Part shown: piece by piece, positions 13,820-27,286 of the stretch
Position numbering within the stretch: the first letter of the stretch is position 1
Layout of the letters: every line of letters starts with the position of its first letter
Assembly (NCBI GenBank): GCA_951406725.2
Contig: OX597822.1
Span: 82,274,001 to 82,338,000 of the forward strand
DNA length: 64,000 bases
Reading direction: 5' to 3'
Origin: Octopus vulgaris
Taxonomy: Eukaryota
Notes under the pieces: model-generated
What the model was told of the DNA's origin: nothing
What the model saw: only the letters and a program-made list of their open reading frames with translations
The model's database searches: none
Position numbers and translations under genes: made by a program

Positions 13820-14484
13820 GCAAATACTACAATTGCCACTGCTACTACCACCCACACTGTTATCAACACCATAATCACAACTGCCACATCGCCTGTAATG
13901 AAAAGAAGGAAAATTACACTGTAACCATCTTAAAATAAGTCAAGAAAAGCATTAGATAAATATAGTCCTCAATACCTCAAACAGATGAGATGGTCATGGC
14001 TAGAATGTCTTTAATCATAAATCAGTTCAGTCAAGGTTGTTATATGACTAAACACCACCACCAACAACAACAACAACAACAAACACCTCAAAACTAATGG
14101 TAATGGTGGTGGTGGTGGTGGTGGTGGTGGAGTTGAGGGGGGTCTACCTGGTCACATGACTTGTGCAATGTAGCAGTCCCAAATCCCTTCTATCAAGATT
14201 GATCCAGGATCCTACATATACTGGTTTCAAATTTTGGCACAAGGCCAGCATTGTCAGTGGGAGTTGGTGGGTAAGTGGATTACATCGATTCCCCAGTATC
14301 CAACTGGTACTTATTTTATCAATTCTGAAAAGACAAAAGGCGAAAGCAGACCCCATCGGAAGGATTCTAGATATATCATGGTAGAAAGATGGGGTTTTAA
14401 TCCCCTGATCCATCAGGGCTGGCCAGGAACCAAACAATGACAACATAATTCTAAACTTCATTAACAGCATTATAAGATAAAAGA

Positions 14485-14672
14485 AAGGTGCTGACCTGGC
14501 AGAATCATTAGCACATTGGGTGCATACTGAACGGTATTTCATCTGCCGTTAGGTTCTGAGTTCAAATTCTGCCAAGGTCGACTTTGTCTTTCAGCCTATC
14601 AGTGTGGATAAATTAAGCACCAGTCATGTACTGGGGTTGATGTAATTGACTATACCTCTCCCCCAAATTTTT
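14485..14672 (+). mobile_element. tRNA-derived SINE, family A
   Basis: A-box 'ctggcagaatcattagc', B-box 'gagttcaaattc', core 'aaggtcgactttg.ctttca...gataaattaag.accag'. Confidence 0.8.
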
Positions 14673-15044
14673 AGTATGTTGGATAATTTGTTTGTTTGGA
14701 AATAGTCAAAGTTAAATCTTAGAGTAAAGATTGTTTGCCAGCATAACATCTACAAGGAACCCTAGTGTATAAGGAATGCCCTAATTTGGGGGTTTAAAAT
14801 TCAGAGAAAAGTTTTTGTAAGGAATTATAACATTATCCATGTATAAGAAATTCCCATAGTTTTTTAACCTAATTTTTGACAAAAAGGGATCCCTTATACA
14901 CGTTAAAATACGGTACTTTATAAGTGGCTGAATATTCCATAGAGCATGAAATTTTGTGTGTGACCTTCACATTACAAGGTAGACGATCCATCCGAGAGAA
15001 TAACCCTTTGCTGTTTCTCCCTTTTATCTTTATACTTTTTAGCT

Positions 15045-15445
15045 TTTACCTTTTACTTACTTCACTCATTGGACTGTGGTCATGCTGGGGCAATGCTTTG
15101 AAGAATTTTAGTCAAATGAATCAACCCCAGGACTTTTTTTAAAACTTGGTAGTTATTTTATCAATCTCTTTTGCTGAACTGCTAGGTTACAGAAATGTAA
15201 ACACACCCACACCAGTTGGCAAGCAGTGGTGAGCAACAAAAGACACACACACACACACACACACATACATATATCTGATGGGCTTCTTTCAGTTTCCATC
15301 CACCAAATTCACTCACAAGGATTTGGTCGACCTAAGGCTGTAGTGGGAAACACTTGCCCCAGATACCCAGCAGTAGGACTGAACCCAAGGCCTTACATTT
15401 CAAAGCAAACACCTTAACCCCTCTACCACGTCTGCATCCATGCCT
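15045..15445 (-). mobile_element. SINE family B (CpG-decayed)
   Basis: Colinear with the 640-1050 copy. Confidence 0.8.
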
Positions 15446-15728
15446 ATTTGCAACAAAGTGAGTGGGACAATCTAGCTGGTTCCAAGACACAAAATGCTGA
15501 CATTTGGCTATTTGGTCCATTCCCTGTTTACTCAGCAATCAGCTTTCTTAATGTGTTGCCAGGTTTGTGTTTATAATTTACCGATTTCTGTCAGGGAATG
15601 TCAAAGACTTTAACAGCCTCCTTCAAAGTGACAGCTCTGAAACGAATTCATGACACTTGGATAGTTACTATCCAACAAGGATCTGAATAAATGCAGTATC
15701 AATACTGGACCGATGAGGGCCAAGATGA

Positions 15729-15787
<59 letters not shown>

Positions 15788-15799
15788 AGTGGTGATTGT

Positions 15800-16020
15800 C
15801 ATCATCATCATCATCATCATTTAATATCCGTTTTCCATGCTGGCATGGGTTGGGTGGGTTGGCAGGAGCTGGCAAGACCAGGAGATACATCAGAGTCCAT
15901 TGTCTGTTTTGGCTTGGGTTTCTACAGCTGGATGCCCTTCCTAATGCCAACCATTTTACAGTGTGTACTTAGTGTTTTTATGTGGCACCATCACCAGTGC
16001 TGTTTTACGTGGCACAACAC
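15800..16020 (-). mobile_element. Family C non-autonomous retroelement with RTE-like 3' end and (GAT)n tail
   Basis: 'catcatttaatatccgttttccatgctggcatgggttgg...tttctacagctggatgcccttcctaatgccaacc' shared with 20698, 39220, 45921 and 54370. Confidence 0.75.
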
Positions 16021-16449
16021 CAGTTTGATGTTTGATATAAACCACAAAGTCTTCTTTTGTAATTTCATTCACAATTTGTGGGCAATATAGCATCATTGGT
16101 TACCAGTTTCCAGTGAGCTGATCATTGGTTTACTGGATTTATGATGGAGAGAATGATAAGAGAAGGCCATGTCTGGAGCTCAGCGTTAAGAGCATGTCTG
16201 GAACTTTGTTTCTGAGTAATTTTTCCCCACTTAGTGTTTTATATTCTTTTCTGGTGTACATAAACAAAAGCAGATACACATTTATAAATTTACATATGTA
16301 TAGATGTGACATGTAGACATACACAAAAAATATTGTAATGAAAAATTGTCTGGACAACTGTCTTCCACCATTGTTTTAGGCTACCAAAGCTTTGTGAGTG
16401 GATTTGGTAAACAGAAACTGAAAGAAGGCCATGCACACACAACACACTT

Positions 16450-16610
16450 ACTTTCTTACTTGTTTTAGTCATCTGACTGCGGTCATGCTGGAGCACCGCC
16501 TTTAGTCAAACAAATCGACCCCAAGGATTATTCTTTGCTGAACCGCTAAGTTATGGGGACATAAACACACCAGCATCGGTTGTCAAGCGATGTTGGGGGG
16601 ACAAACACAG

Positions 16611-16641
<31 letters not shown>

Positions 16642-16766
16642 CACATACACAACAGGTTTCTTTCAGTGTCTGTCTACCAAATCCACTCACAAGGTTTTGG
16701 TTGGCCAGAAGACATTGGCATATGGTTGGTAAGCAAGCTACTTACCACACAACCACTCCTGTGCCT
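16450..16766 (-). mobile_element. SINE family B (internally deleted)
   Basis: Colinear with other B copies; an opposite-strand fragment lies at 16380-16435. Confidence 0.8.
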
Positions 16767-17959
16767 ATATATATATAAATTGATAAATATATACGTGTGT
16801 GTGTGTGTGTGTTTGTGTGTGTGTATGCAGTAAACTTATTCTCCCTTCTCAAGGGGAAAACCTTTTCTTACATATACTGTGTGACAAAAGCAGTGATGAA
16901 TAACATTCAAAGAAAATTTTGCATTAAGTCAAGTAAAATTTATCAAATAATAATTTTTTTATTATTATCAAGTCAAGCAGAAGTTTTGTGCACCCAGAAT
17001 TTTGCTGTCAGATTCAGGAAGTATAGTTTAACTTTCAGAACTCCTTTTTTTGTGTGTGTGTCAGTTGGGAGTTAACTAACACCCATTACATGACAATCAC
17101 ATGATTTGTGTGAGCCAATGAAATAGTTAGGTTTTGACACCATATTTTATGCGGGAGCATTCTTCATTTAAGTACACCATGCCACATGAGTGATCATGCT
17201 AACATGAAACTTGAAGTGGCGGCAAATAGCATCAGCAGAATCAAAATAATTACATGTTACTTAATATTTTACCTCTTGCTATCGATAACCAATGTGTGTG
17301 TGAGTGTGTTCATGCATATGTGCATGTGTGTGTGTAGTGACATCCTTTTGACATCTGACACCCCCTTTGGGTTGTCCAATTTGACTGAGAACCAAACCTG
17401 TTTCCAAATTCAATAAAAGTGCTGACTTCATTCAAAGCTTTAACCAATCGCATTGCTCATCTTTACAAATGCTTTATTTGTGACTGACCCACATAACAGC
17501 AAGGTTAAGGACAAGTTTTGGTAGGATGTCACTTCAAATGTACTTGAAGTGGGAAAAACTGAGGGTATTCAGGGCAATTAAGTTTTCAACGAAAATGATT
17601 TTAAAATCAGTTTGGAGTTTGCCAGTCAAAGCAGAAAGACGAGAACTGAGACAGTATAAAGTTTTTTTTTTAATCTGTGCTGTCTGGTTTAATGCAGGCC
17701 ATCACAACTAGACAGATTATCCATCAGAAAAACAACAAGGAAAAACAAAAAACATCCTAAATACAACTTATTTAGGTCTGTTATGAGACCAAGGATGCAT
17801 AAGGCTGGAGATTAGTCTGTTTTCCATGGTGTATGAATAACTGAGATTACCTCTAAACTACATACCTTCACCCTATACACAAGCACCCTAGATAAAAGAC
17901 ACCCATATCAAAGTACACATATTATGAGAAGGACGTTTTACACACAGACATATTCATGC

Positions 17960-18173
17960 TTTTCTACTATAGGCACAAGGCCTGAAATTTTGGGGGAGGG
18001 GGCCAGTCGATTAGATTGACCCCAGTACACAACAGGTACTTAATTTATTGACCCCAAAAAGGATGAACGGCAAAGTCGACCTCAGCGGAATTTGAACTCA
18101 GAATGTAAAGACAGATGAAACATTGCTAAGCATTCCACCTGGCGTGCTAACGTTTCTGCCAGTTTTCTGCCTT
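17960..18173 (-). mobile_element. SINE family A
   Basis: Full-length match to the 28013, 45272 and 62536 copies. Confidence 0.85.
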
Positions 18174-19068
18174 CCTGTTGAAATATTAATGGAAATAAAA
18201 CGTTATATAAAACTATTTCTGAGATATTTCATACACATTGATTCCTTGAAGAATGAAGAATCATATATCTTCAAAATTTACTTATTATAGTATCATTCCC
18301 ATTAAATTAGTGTAATACATGTGACACAATGTGTGTCACACAAAAAACAGAAACATGTGTCAGATTGGAATTTAATGAGAATTATTCTTTAAGAAACAAA
18401 TTTTGAAAATGTATAATTCTCCATTCTTCTTTATGATGTCTTCATTATACAATAATCCTTTGCCATATTTGCAGTTCACCTCTTGCGGTTCATTATTTAA
18501 GCTTACGTTGGTTCCTCTGTGATGTTGTTTTGCATTTATAATAAAATTATAGAAATAATAAAAAAAAATATACAATACAGTACTGTTTCTACTTTGTGCA
18601 TTTTCACCTATCACGGGGTGGGTTTTGGAATGTAACACCTGTGATCGTCACAGGATTACTGTACACTTTGTCTCCTACATGAAATCCGCTGATGTGAAAC
18701 TCGGGATCTACCTGCCAAGTGAATTACTGTGTAATTGTTTATCTGAAACAATCCTTTATGTTCCCTATCATTTGATGCGATTAGCCAGATCTGGATTATA
18801 TCAAAGTGCTAATAAGGTTCCTGCCTGGATTGTTGATTCCTGTTCCTTTACATAATGTATGCTGTATGTATATAGATAACACTGAAGTTGTGTGTGTATG
18901 TGTGTGTTTTACATATATGTTTATATGTATATATATGTGTCTAAATATATATATATATATATATATATATAGGAAACAAATACTCAGAGAAAATATGAAG
19001 ATTTATTTAAATGTTAATATATATCATCATCATCATCATTTAACATCCATTTTCCATTCTAGCATGGG

Positions 19069-19111
<43 letters not shown>

Positions 19112-19891
19112 TATATACGCACACACACATACATACACACACATATATGTATTTATGTATGTATGTATGTATATAAGCATGTATGTTTGTATGAATGTAT
19201 GTTTATGTGAGTGTGTGTTTGTGTGTATGCATGTATATCCTGTATATTTTACATATATATATATATATTATTTATATTATTATATGATTGAATGCCATGC
19301 TTCCTTTTCCAAGTAAGTTTTATCTATATATACATGTATGTATGTATGTATGTATACATATATCACTTGGAGTTCAGTATGTATGCATGCACACACACGT
19401 TACAGTGAGCACACTAAAGAAATTCATCTGTGCACAAGAAATCAAGATGCACACCAATTGTTAGTTTCCAAAAATAAAATGCTAATTAATAGTTATCTAT
19501 ATGTTACACAGTCAGCACCCTCTTACATTTGTCCTCAGCATAAAATATGTACAACATAAGATTGCTGCACATGCTGATTACCAAAATTTAGAGCAGACAT
19601 TCACATGTGCATGCACACACAAATGCATGCATGACAACTGTCTTGTAGCCTCTGTTTTGGCCTGTCTTAAAAATGGAAACAATATATAATTTAGTGTAGT
19701 CACAGAAATTTCATTTCAGGGAAGTGTTTTTTTTACCACTGACCAAAATTGTTATTTTTACCTCCATTAGTAAAGTGGTTATGTATCTCTGGCCAACAGC
19801 TCTGGTGAGATCCTTATAGTGTTAAATGCAATAGTAGTTGTGAAACCAATGGTAACTTTCTGACCAGCCATCACCAATGTGTGTGTGTATT

Positions 19892-19922
<31 letters not shown>

Positions 19923-19923
19923 A

Positions 19924-20359
19924 CAGGGTGGTCCAAAATTAGGTTTACAGTTATCAGGCAGGCCCTTTAACCCTTTAACATTCAAACCGGCCATATCCAG
20001 CCAAAATATTTAACCTGTTTTATATTAAAACTGACCAGATCTTGCCTCTCATCTCAGCCCTACCATGTCATTCTAAAACTAAAACAATCACATCACTGAA
20101 ATATCTAAACTACAAGATAATGTATGATTAATTCAAAACAATATAAATAAACAAACATCACATTTGACAGAATAATCTGAACACTAAAGGGTTAAATTTC
20201 TTTTAAAACATTTTATTACATTTAAATTTCTATCTTACAGTTAACTAAATAAGCATAGGATAATGGTTTCATATTTTTTATAATTAAGATCTAAACTGTT
20301 AATATATGAATGCGAAAGAGATAGTTGAATAACTGTAAACCTACTTTTGGGCCACCCTG
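19924..20359. mobile_element. Tc1/mariner-type MITE
   Basis: About 31-bp TIRs CAGGGTGGTCCAAAATTAGGTTTACAGTTAT / ATAACTGTAAACCTACTTTTGGGCCACCCTG flanked by TA. Confidence 0.85.
19971..20191. mobile_element. piggyBac-type MITE nested in the mariner MITE
   Basis: TTAA|CCCTTTA...TAAAGGG|TTAA; related copies at about 37947-38112 and 45240-45702. Confidence 0.8.
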
Positions 20360-20387
20360 TATATATATATATAAAAAATGGTACATT

Positions 20388-20692
20388 GTTGGTTACAAAA
20401 ATGAGGGTTCCAGTTGATCTAATCAGCGGAACAGCCTGCTTGTGTAATTCAGGTGCAAAGTGGCTGAGAACTCTACAGACATGTGTACCCTTAATGTATT
20501 TTTCTGGGAGACTCAGCATGACACAGAATGTGACAAGGCTGCCCCTTTAAATTACAGGTACTATTCAGTCAGCTGAGTGGACTGGAGCAATGAGGAATAA
20601 AGTGTTTTGCTCAAGTAAGCAATGAACCACTGGGAATCAAACCCACAACCTTACAATCACGAGCCAAATGCCCTAACCACTAGGCCACACCC
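20388..20692 (-). mobile_element. tRNA-derived SINE, family E
   Basis: Head 'gggaatcaaacccacaacc...ccctaaccactaggccac' (reverse A/B boxes); body shared with 26340-26510 and 51386-51670. Confidence 0.75.
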
Positions 20693-20697
20693 CTTTG

Positions 20698-20895
20698 CCA
20701 CTGGTGCCACATCCATGCTGGCACCATGTAAGAAGCACCCAGTACATACTAGGAAGTGGTTGGCATTAGGAAGGGCATTGAGCTGTAGAAACCATGCCAA
20801 AATAGACAACTGGAGCCTAGTGCTGCCTTCCGGGTTTCCAGCTCCTGTCAAACCATCCAACCCATGCCGGCATGGAAAAACAGACGTTAAATGAT
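20698..20895 (+). mobile_element. Family C element
   Basis: Shared body and 'ccaacccatgccggcatggaaaaacagacgttaaatgat' end. Confidence 0.75.
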
Positions 20896-21599
20896 TAATG
20901 TGTGTGTGAGCAGGTGGATGGATGGATTGATAAACAGACAGACAGACAGACAGACAGAAATAAAGAGAATTTGTTATATAAAGTATAACTATGGCTGAAA
21001 GTGTAGCTTTGTCCCCAGGTGTTTGGTGAAATTCCAAGCAGTGAACCTGCAGAATATCACCGATTCCACAGTGGCAGGGAAGAAATTTCTCTGAACCCAC
21101 ATGGGCTGTATTCCCAGTTTACCAATAATTTCAGACTTGATGCTCAGCTAACTTCTCAATACAGTGGGAATTGGTGAAGCCTTATGTAAAAATCTAATCA
21201 ATCTAAAAATAGAACTGCCAATCCAAATAAAAATAAGTCATTATTAGTTCACAACTCGGCTGTTTACAAATGTTCACCAAATATTTTAGGTGCTGATTTG
21301 ATTAATACCTATCAATCGTTTAATAATGATGTTCACTGCTGCTGAATTCTTCTGGTGTAGATTGCTTACAACCGATGAGATATGAAGAGTTTTACAAGAA
21401 CTGGATGAAGATCCTATAAGAATTCAATCAACCGTATCCAGAGCAAGACTTGAAGTCAGTTGAAGATGGAAAATCTCAAGTGGAAAATAATATACACATG
21501 TCTTACATAAAGTGATACAGTCCTCAATTAACCAACTGCAATGCTGACAAACATATGTGTATGTGTGTGTGTGTGTGTGTATATATAAAAAATTAATAA

Positions 21600-21850
21600 A
21601 TAAAACATATGCATATATACATACATATATGTACGTACCTACCTCTACATGTATATATATATGCATATATGGGTACAGGACACCAAAAAAACGTCGAACA
21701 CAATGAGAAACGAAAACATAAACACAAAACCAAGGAAATGGACATTTTTCTTAAACAACGAATAAATAGAGTACAGGACATACAAAAGAAGGAAAATTCC
21801 CCTTCTTCAGTCGCCTTTGTTTCATCTACTCCACGTTTCGAAGGTCAAGA
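21600..21850 (-). repeat. Interspersed repeat, probable Penelope-like pLTR remnant
   Basis: Homologous to 1700-1830 and 24480-24665; ends in (TA)/(CA)-rich sequence. The Penelope assignment is inference. Confidence 0.5.
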
Positions 21851-22049
21851 TATGTATGTATATTGCAAATACGAAAATGGAGAAACATATTAGTTGGTTT
21901 ATCAGCTTTAGGATATTAGAATGTTGCCTTACTTAATTATCAAAATAACAACCATAATAACATACATATATACAGTATAAAATTCAATACATTTAAGATA
22001 AGAATACAAGTAGTTACACACACACACACACACACACACATGCATGTCC

Positions 22050-22610
22050 GTTCAATGTAGAGAATGAATGGGACAAATAAAGTCTCCCTCGTATGAACCA
22101 GGTAGAGGGACCAGCTATCCTAGAGGACAGCCATATGGTAGATAAAACAATTAAAACCACGAAAACCAAGAAAGCTCATGGTCCTTCTGGAATCATGGCT
22201 GAGTTGCTCAAAATATCCAGTAAGATAGGATATGGGCTTGTCACCCGTATAGTTAATCAGGTCATTCAGGGAGGTGTAATACCCAGGGACTGGTTTTAGC
22301 AGCATTATCGTTAGCTGCTACAAGGGTAAGGGTGATGCTTTAGAAAGAAGTAATTATAAAAGCATCAAACACTTGGACCAGGTGATGAAAATTACAGAGG
22401 GTGCTTTAGCTCAATTAATTAAGAGCATAACAAACTCAAGACCATAACAGAAGAATTCAAGACCAGAAGTCCCTGGGAATTACTATATGCTGACAGTCTT
22501 GCCCTCACAACAGATTCCATATCAGATCTGCAAGAGAAATTCTAGGTGTGGAAGCAAAACCTGGAATCTAAGGGCCTTAAGGTTAACTTCGCAAAGACTA
22601 AAGTCATTGA
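22050..22610 (+). pseudogene. RTE-clade LINE reverse transcriptase remnant (frameshifted, internally deleted)
   Basis: Translates to KAHGPSGIMAELLK...GVIPRDW / SIIVSCYKGKGDALERSNYKSIKHLDQVMKI, then PWELLYADSLAL...WKQNLESKGLKVNFAKTKV (YADD decayed to YADS). Confidence 0.9.
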
Positions 22611-22913
22611 AGAGACTGGAACTTTGAAGTCACTATCACTCACTTTCTTTTAAACATATAATAAGTATATAGTTTACAAAATGTATTGAGTACTTCTGCA
22701 ATTTAATGTTAATTTTTGTTTTAATTATAACTCAACATATAACCATTAATATGTATATAAATATATCTGTATATCTATAATTGTTAAGGCAAGGCACACA
22801 TCTCAAGTCATATACATTATTACCATTGGAAAAAAATTCAAAGTGTTACAGCTGTTTCTGGGATATGTATATATACATATGTGTGTTTGTGTGTGTATAT
22901 ATATTTATATATA

Positions 22914-22949
<36 letters not shown>

Positions 22950-22952
<3 letters not shown>

Positions 22953-23025
22953 CTGTAAATGTAATGTGACAATTATTCGGTAGCCATGGCTACCAAATAA
23001 TTGTCACATATTACATTTACAGATA
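22950..23025. repeat. Spacer-less palindrome at the start of a (TA)n-flanked ~140-bp element
   Basis: tatctgtaaatgtaatgtgacaattattcggtagcca|tggctaccaaataattgtcacatattacatttacagata; one mismatch and a 2-nt indel. Confidence 0.9.
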
Positions 23026-23334
23026 AATTCCTCTATTTACATAATATCAAGGTTTCTTTCATTCTTTTGTTGTCTTACCATTTCTATCAATATATATATG
23101 ATCATTGATCAGTTGTCCGTAAGTCAGAAAAATAGAAGAAAATTTGAGCCGTTATATTTTCATGTTGTTGAGAAGCAAAGACTTTGTTATGGCGTGTAAC
23201 TGGTTAGAAAGCTATCATTGGTTTCACAATGCCAGGTGTTATAGGAAGCTTGAAACCAAAGGTCACTTTCTGACCACCAGTTATATGCCATAACCAGAAA
23301 TACACTACACAACCATCTAAAAGAGAGAGTGTGT

Positions 23335-23412
<78 letters not shown>

Positions 23413-24046
23413 ACATGTATTACTTTCCAAATAAATAATTCTGTTCTGGATTTACCTTTTAATAATCAATATTGTGTTCAGTATTATGGAAACTTCAAAA
23501 TGTCAAAGATAACCTTACATATTGGCTTGCCCTGTACATAATCTGTGTGTGAGTGTGTGAGTGTGTGTGAGTGCATGAGTGTGTGTGAGTGTGTGTGTTG
23601 TTTATAGAACACCTATGAGACCAAATTCCACAGCAAATCATAAGGAGATTTCCTAATCCTCCACTCTCTCCCCCTCCCTCTCTCTCTCTCAACTCAACCT
23701 TTGGCTTCCCACCCTCACACATCTACACCCACACATCCACTTCAGACACGTCCCTCCCATGCCATCCACCCCTATCTCCACACTGTCTTGTCTTGTCAGA
23801 TGAGGTTTCTAGGTCAATTCAGAAAATCAAACACTCTACTTTCTATGTTGTTTTTTTCTATTCTCCATTGTTTCTTCTCTGTTTTTCTTTGTTTGTGGTT
23901 GTTTGTTGTTCCTTTTTTAATATGAGCCGAGATGGGGCACGGTGGAGGGCAGGTGGGGGTGGGGGGCTCAGTGGCGGTGGGGGCAATTTACTGTTTAACA
24001 TTATTTGTTATCTTTCTGTGCCCCCTTCCTTCCCCACCTCATGTGT

Positions 24047-24115
<69 letters not shown>

Positions 24116-24175
24116 CATCTATCCATCTATCTATCTATCTATCTATCTATTTATCTATCTATCTATATATATATA

Positions 24176-24255
24176 TATGTATAGATAACACTTACTTGGA
24201 AATGGATGTGTGGCGTTTGATCATATAATAATATAAATAATATATACATATATAT

Positions 24256-24304
<49 letters not shown>

Positions 24305-24369
24305 TATATGTATAGATAACACTTACTTGGAAATGGATGTGTGGCGTTTGATCATATAATAATATAAAT
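24176..24369. repeat. Local tandem duplication (~130-bp period) of a unique ~63-bp core within (TA)n
   Basis: 'gtatagataacacttacttggaaatggatgtgtggcgtttgatcatataataatataaat' occurs twice. Confidence 0.9.
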
Positions 24370-24479
24370 GATATATACATATATATATACATACATATAT
24401 ATATATATATATATGCATATATGCATACATGCATACATACATATATGTACATACCTACGTATATATGTATATACACACG

Positions 24480-24870
24480 CATATATGGGTACAGGTCATC
24501 AAAAAATGTTTACAACATGAAAAAACAAAAATATGGAAAGCGAACTTTGTTTTTGAACAAAGAAAAAAACAAATCGAGAAACGAGACAGGCAACATAAAG
24601 AACAATCTCTTCATCAGTCGTCCCCTGTTTTATCTATTCTGCATTTCGAATGTTTAGGACAAGAAGTTTTGACAAAGACGCATCTTGTCCTAAATGTTTG
24701 AAACGTATAGTGCTCAGGTGCACTACAACTCATCAAAGATGCATGTGCAGTACATAGAATTATGTACAAATGACAGGGAAGTGAACAGTGCATGCGTCAT
24801 GATATACATATGTGCATACGTATGGGGTGGGGGTGGATATCAGGTGTAGTGTTGGCGAACTTCAGGAAGC
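24480..24870 (-). repeat. Probable Penelope-like 3' region remnant with internal hairpin
   Basis: 24480-24665 is homologous to 21660-21850; 23-bp inverted repeat at 24642-24664/24683-24705. Confidence 0.5.
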
Positions 24871-25399
24871 ATAAATGTATTGGTTTTTTTGAGTAGGCAA
24901 CACATGGCCACAAGCTGATATGTAATTGTCAGCTGGATGAGTAGTTGAGAATTATGTGAAACTAATTGTTGAATAAAATTTCAGGTGATGTTTCTCATAA
25001 AACAAACTAAAATGGCAGGACATCAAACAAGATCTGAAACCCTGACCAGCTCACCAAACAAACAACACACAGAATATGATCCCTTTGATGCTCGTCTAAT
25101 AATATTCGGCCCCACCCTCACACCTTACCCCAAGCAACAACCAACTACATGCAAGCAACAAAAAAGTAGGTGCCTTGTCACCCCAAGCAAGGGAGGGTGG
25201 GAGAGCGAGTGGATTTGGTGCTGATTGAAGAAACTTAGGAGCAAATACTCTCTTTTGGGAATATTTGGTATAAGTGGAACTAAGAAGCCGAGTTCTTCAA
25301 AGTTTTGCATCTCTGTAGAATTGTTCATTTGAATGAACTTAGATACACAATATGACTATATACTTGATTGTAACTGTACAGCCTTCAAGCATTTTCGCT

Positions 25400-25532
25400 G
25401 AATGACTTGACCTCAGTTCTTATTTCTTGTAAGCCTGGTACTTACTTTATCAGTTTCTTTTGCCAAACCACCAAGTTACAGGGACATAAATACACCAACA
25501 CCGGTTGTCAAGCAGTGGAGGAGGACAAACAC

Positions 25533-25582
<50 letters not shown>

Positions 25583-25730
25583 TGGGCTTCTTTCAGTGTC
25601 TGTCTACCAAATCCATTCATAAGGTTTTGGCCAGCCTGAGGGAAAAATAGAAGACAAGGTGCCATGGAGTGGGACTGAACCTGGAATGAAGTGGTTGAGA
25701 AGGAAACTTCTTGCCATACAACCACGTCTG
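25400..25730 (-). mobile_element. SINE family B
   Basis: Colinear with other B copies. Confidence 0.75.
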
Positions 25731-25959
25731 TATATTTAAAATATTGTAAAGAAAAGGGTTAAAGTCCTCAGGAACCCACCTGCAATTACTGGCTATCAAT
25801 TGTATATAAGGAGATGGTTTATCTTTAAGAAAACTGTCCCATTGAAGCTGAAATTCTGAAATTCTGGGTCAAGTCCATTGGTTGCTGACTAAAGACTGGA
25901 ATTTATAGCATTATATTTAATTCTGGTATTATTACCATAAATTGCAGTTTTACCTTTAA

Positions 25960-26022
<63 letters not shown>

Positions 26023-27245
26023 TTGTACATATGCACAAACCCAAACATCTGTGCTGAGTGGTTGAGAAGCACTCTTCACAACCACATGGTTATGGATTTC
26101 TTTCCATTGGAAATCTCTTTTTGCATAGCTTTTGCTCCAACCAATGCTCATCAGTAAAATTTGATACAAAAGCCCATTTCATGTGTGTGTGTGTATGTGT
26201 AGGTATGTATGTATGGCCGTGTGGTTAAGAAACTTGCTTTCTAACCACATGGCTTTAGGTTCAGTCCCAGCACATGGCATCTTGGACATGTGTCTTCTAA
26301 TATAGCCCCAGGTTAATCAGTCCCCTCAACTGTCAAAAACAAACTGTGCCTGTAATTCAAAGGGCCTGCTTGTGTTACACTGAATCTCCCTGAGAACTAC
26401 ATTGAGGGTACACATGTCTGCGGAGTCCTCAGCCACATGCATGTTAATTTCACAAGCTGGCTATTCCACTGATCAGACCAACTGAAACCCCTGTTGTCAT
26501 AACCAGTGGAGTTCAATATCCGCTGCCCCCAGCTACATTTAGGGCGTTACCTCTTCACCAATTTTATTGATTAGCATGAAGAACTTGGGGTACCATTGTA
26601 AAGTAAATATGAGAGACAGGAATTCATGATGCATGAAATGCTTTGCTTCCTCACAGAAGGGGAGACGGTTAACAGAAGTAATGAAGTTGTATAAAGGATA
26701 AAAAGAGGAAAAAAAAAAACCTTGGTTTGAATATAGATTTGCATATGGAGTGAACCCATTGCAGCATGAACATATATAAATATAATGCGAAATATTTGGG
26801 TGGGGAGAAAAACAAAACTAAGACAAATATTAATAAAGGATCAAAGCAGGAAATATAAACATTCCGACATCACAACCAATCGATGATGAGTTGGCGTAAT
26901 AGTGACGAGGATTAAGGTGGCGATGGTGATGATGAGGGTGATGATGGTGGTGGTGGTGGTGGTGGTGGTGGTGGTGGTGGTGGTGAGAAGGATGATGATG
27001 ATGATGAGGAGGAGGAGGGAAACCAACTTGTTTATCTGATTGATATATCAATGTGGGATTGCTGAACCGGATGGAATCAGATTTACAATGTGATATACGT
27101 GTGTGGTTATATACACATATGTGTGAGTATAAAATGTGTGTGTACAAATACATATATGCATCTATATATACATATATATATATATATACTCACACATACA
27201 CATTATATATATATACATTTGTATGTATGTATGTATGTATGTATG

Positions 27246-27286
<41 letters not shown>

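Noticed and set aside
21019-21177. Phase-0 open frame after tttgtccccag (VFGEIPSSEPAEYHRF...)
   Set aside because: Frame-compatible with the 8726 donor, but no good donor before the stop and no recognisable homology.
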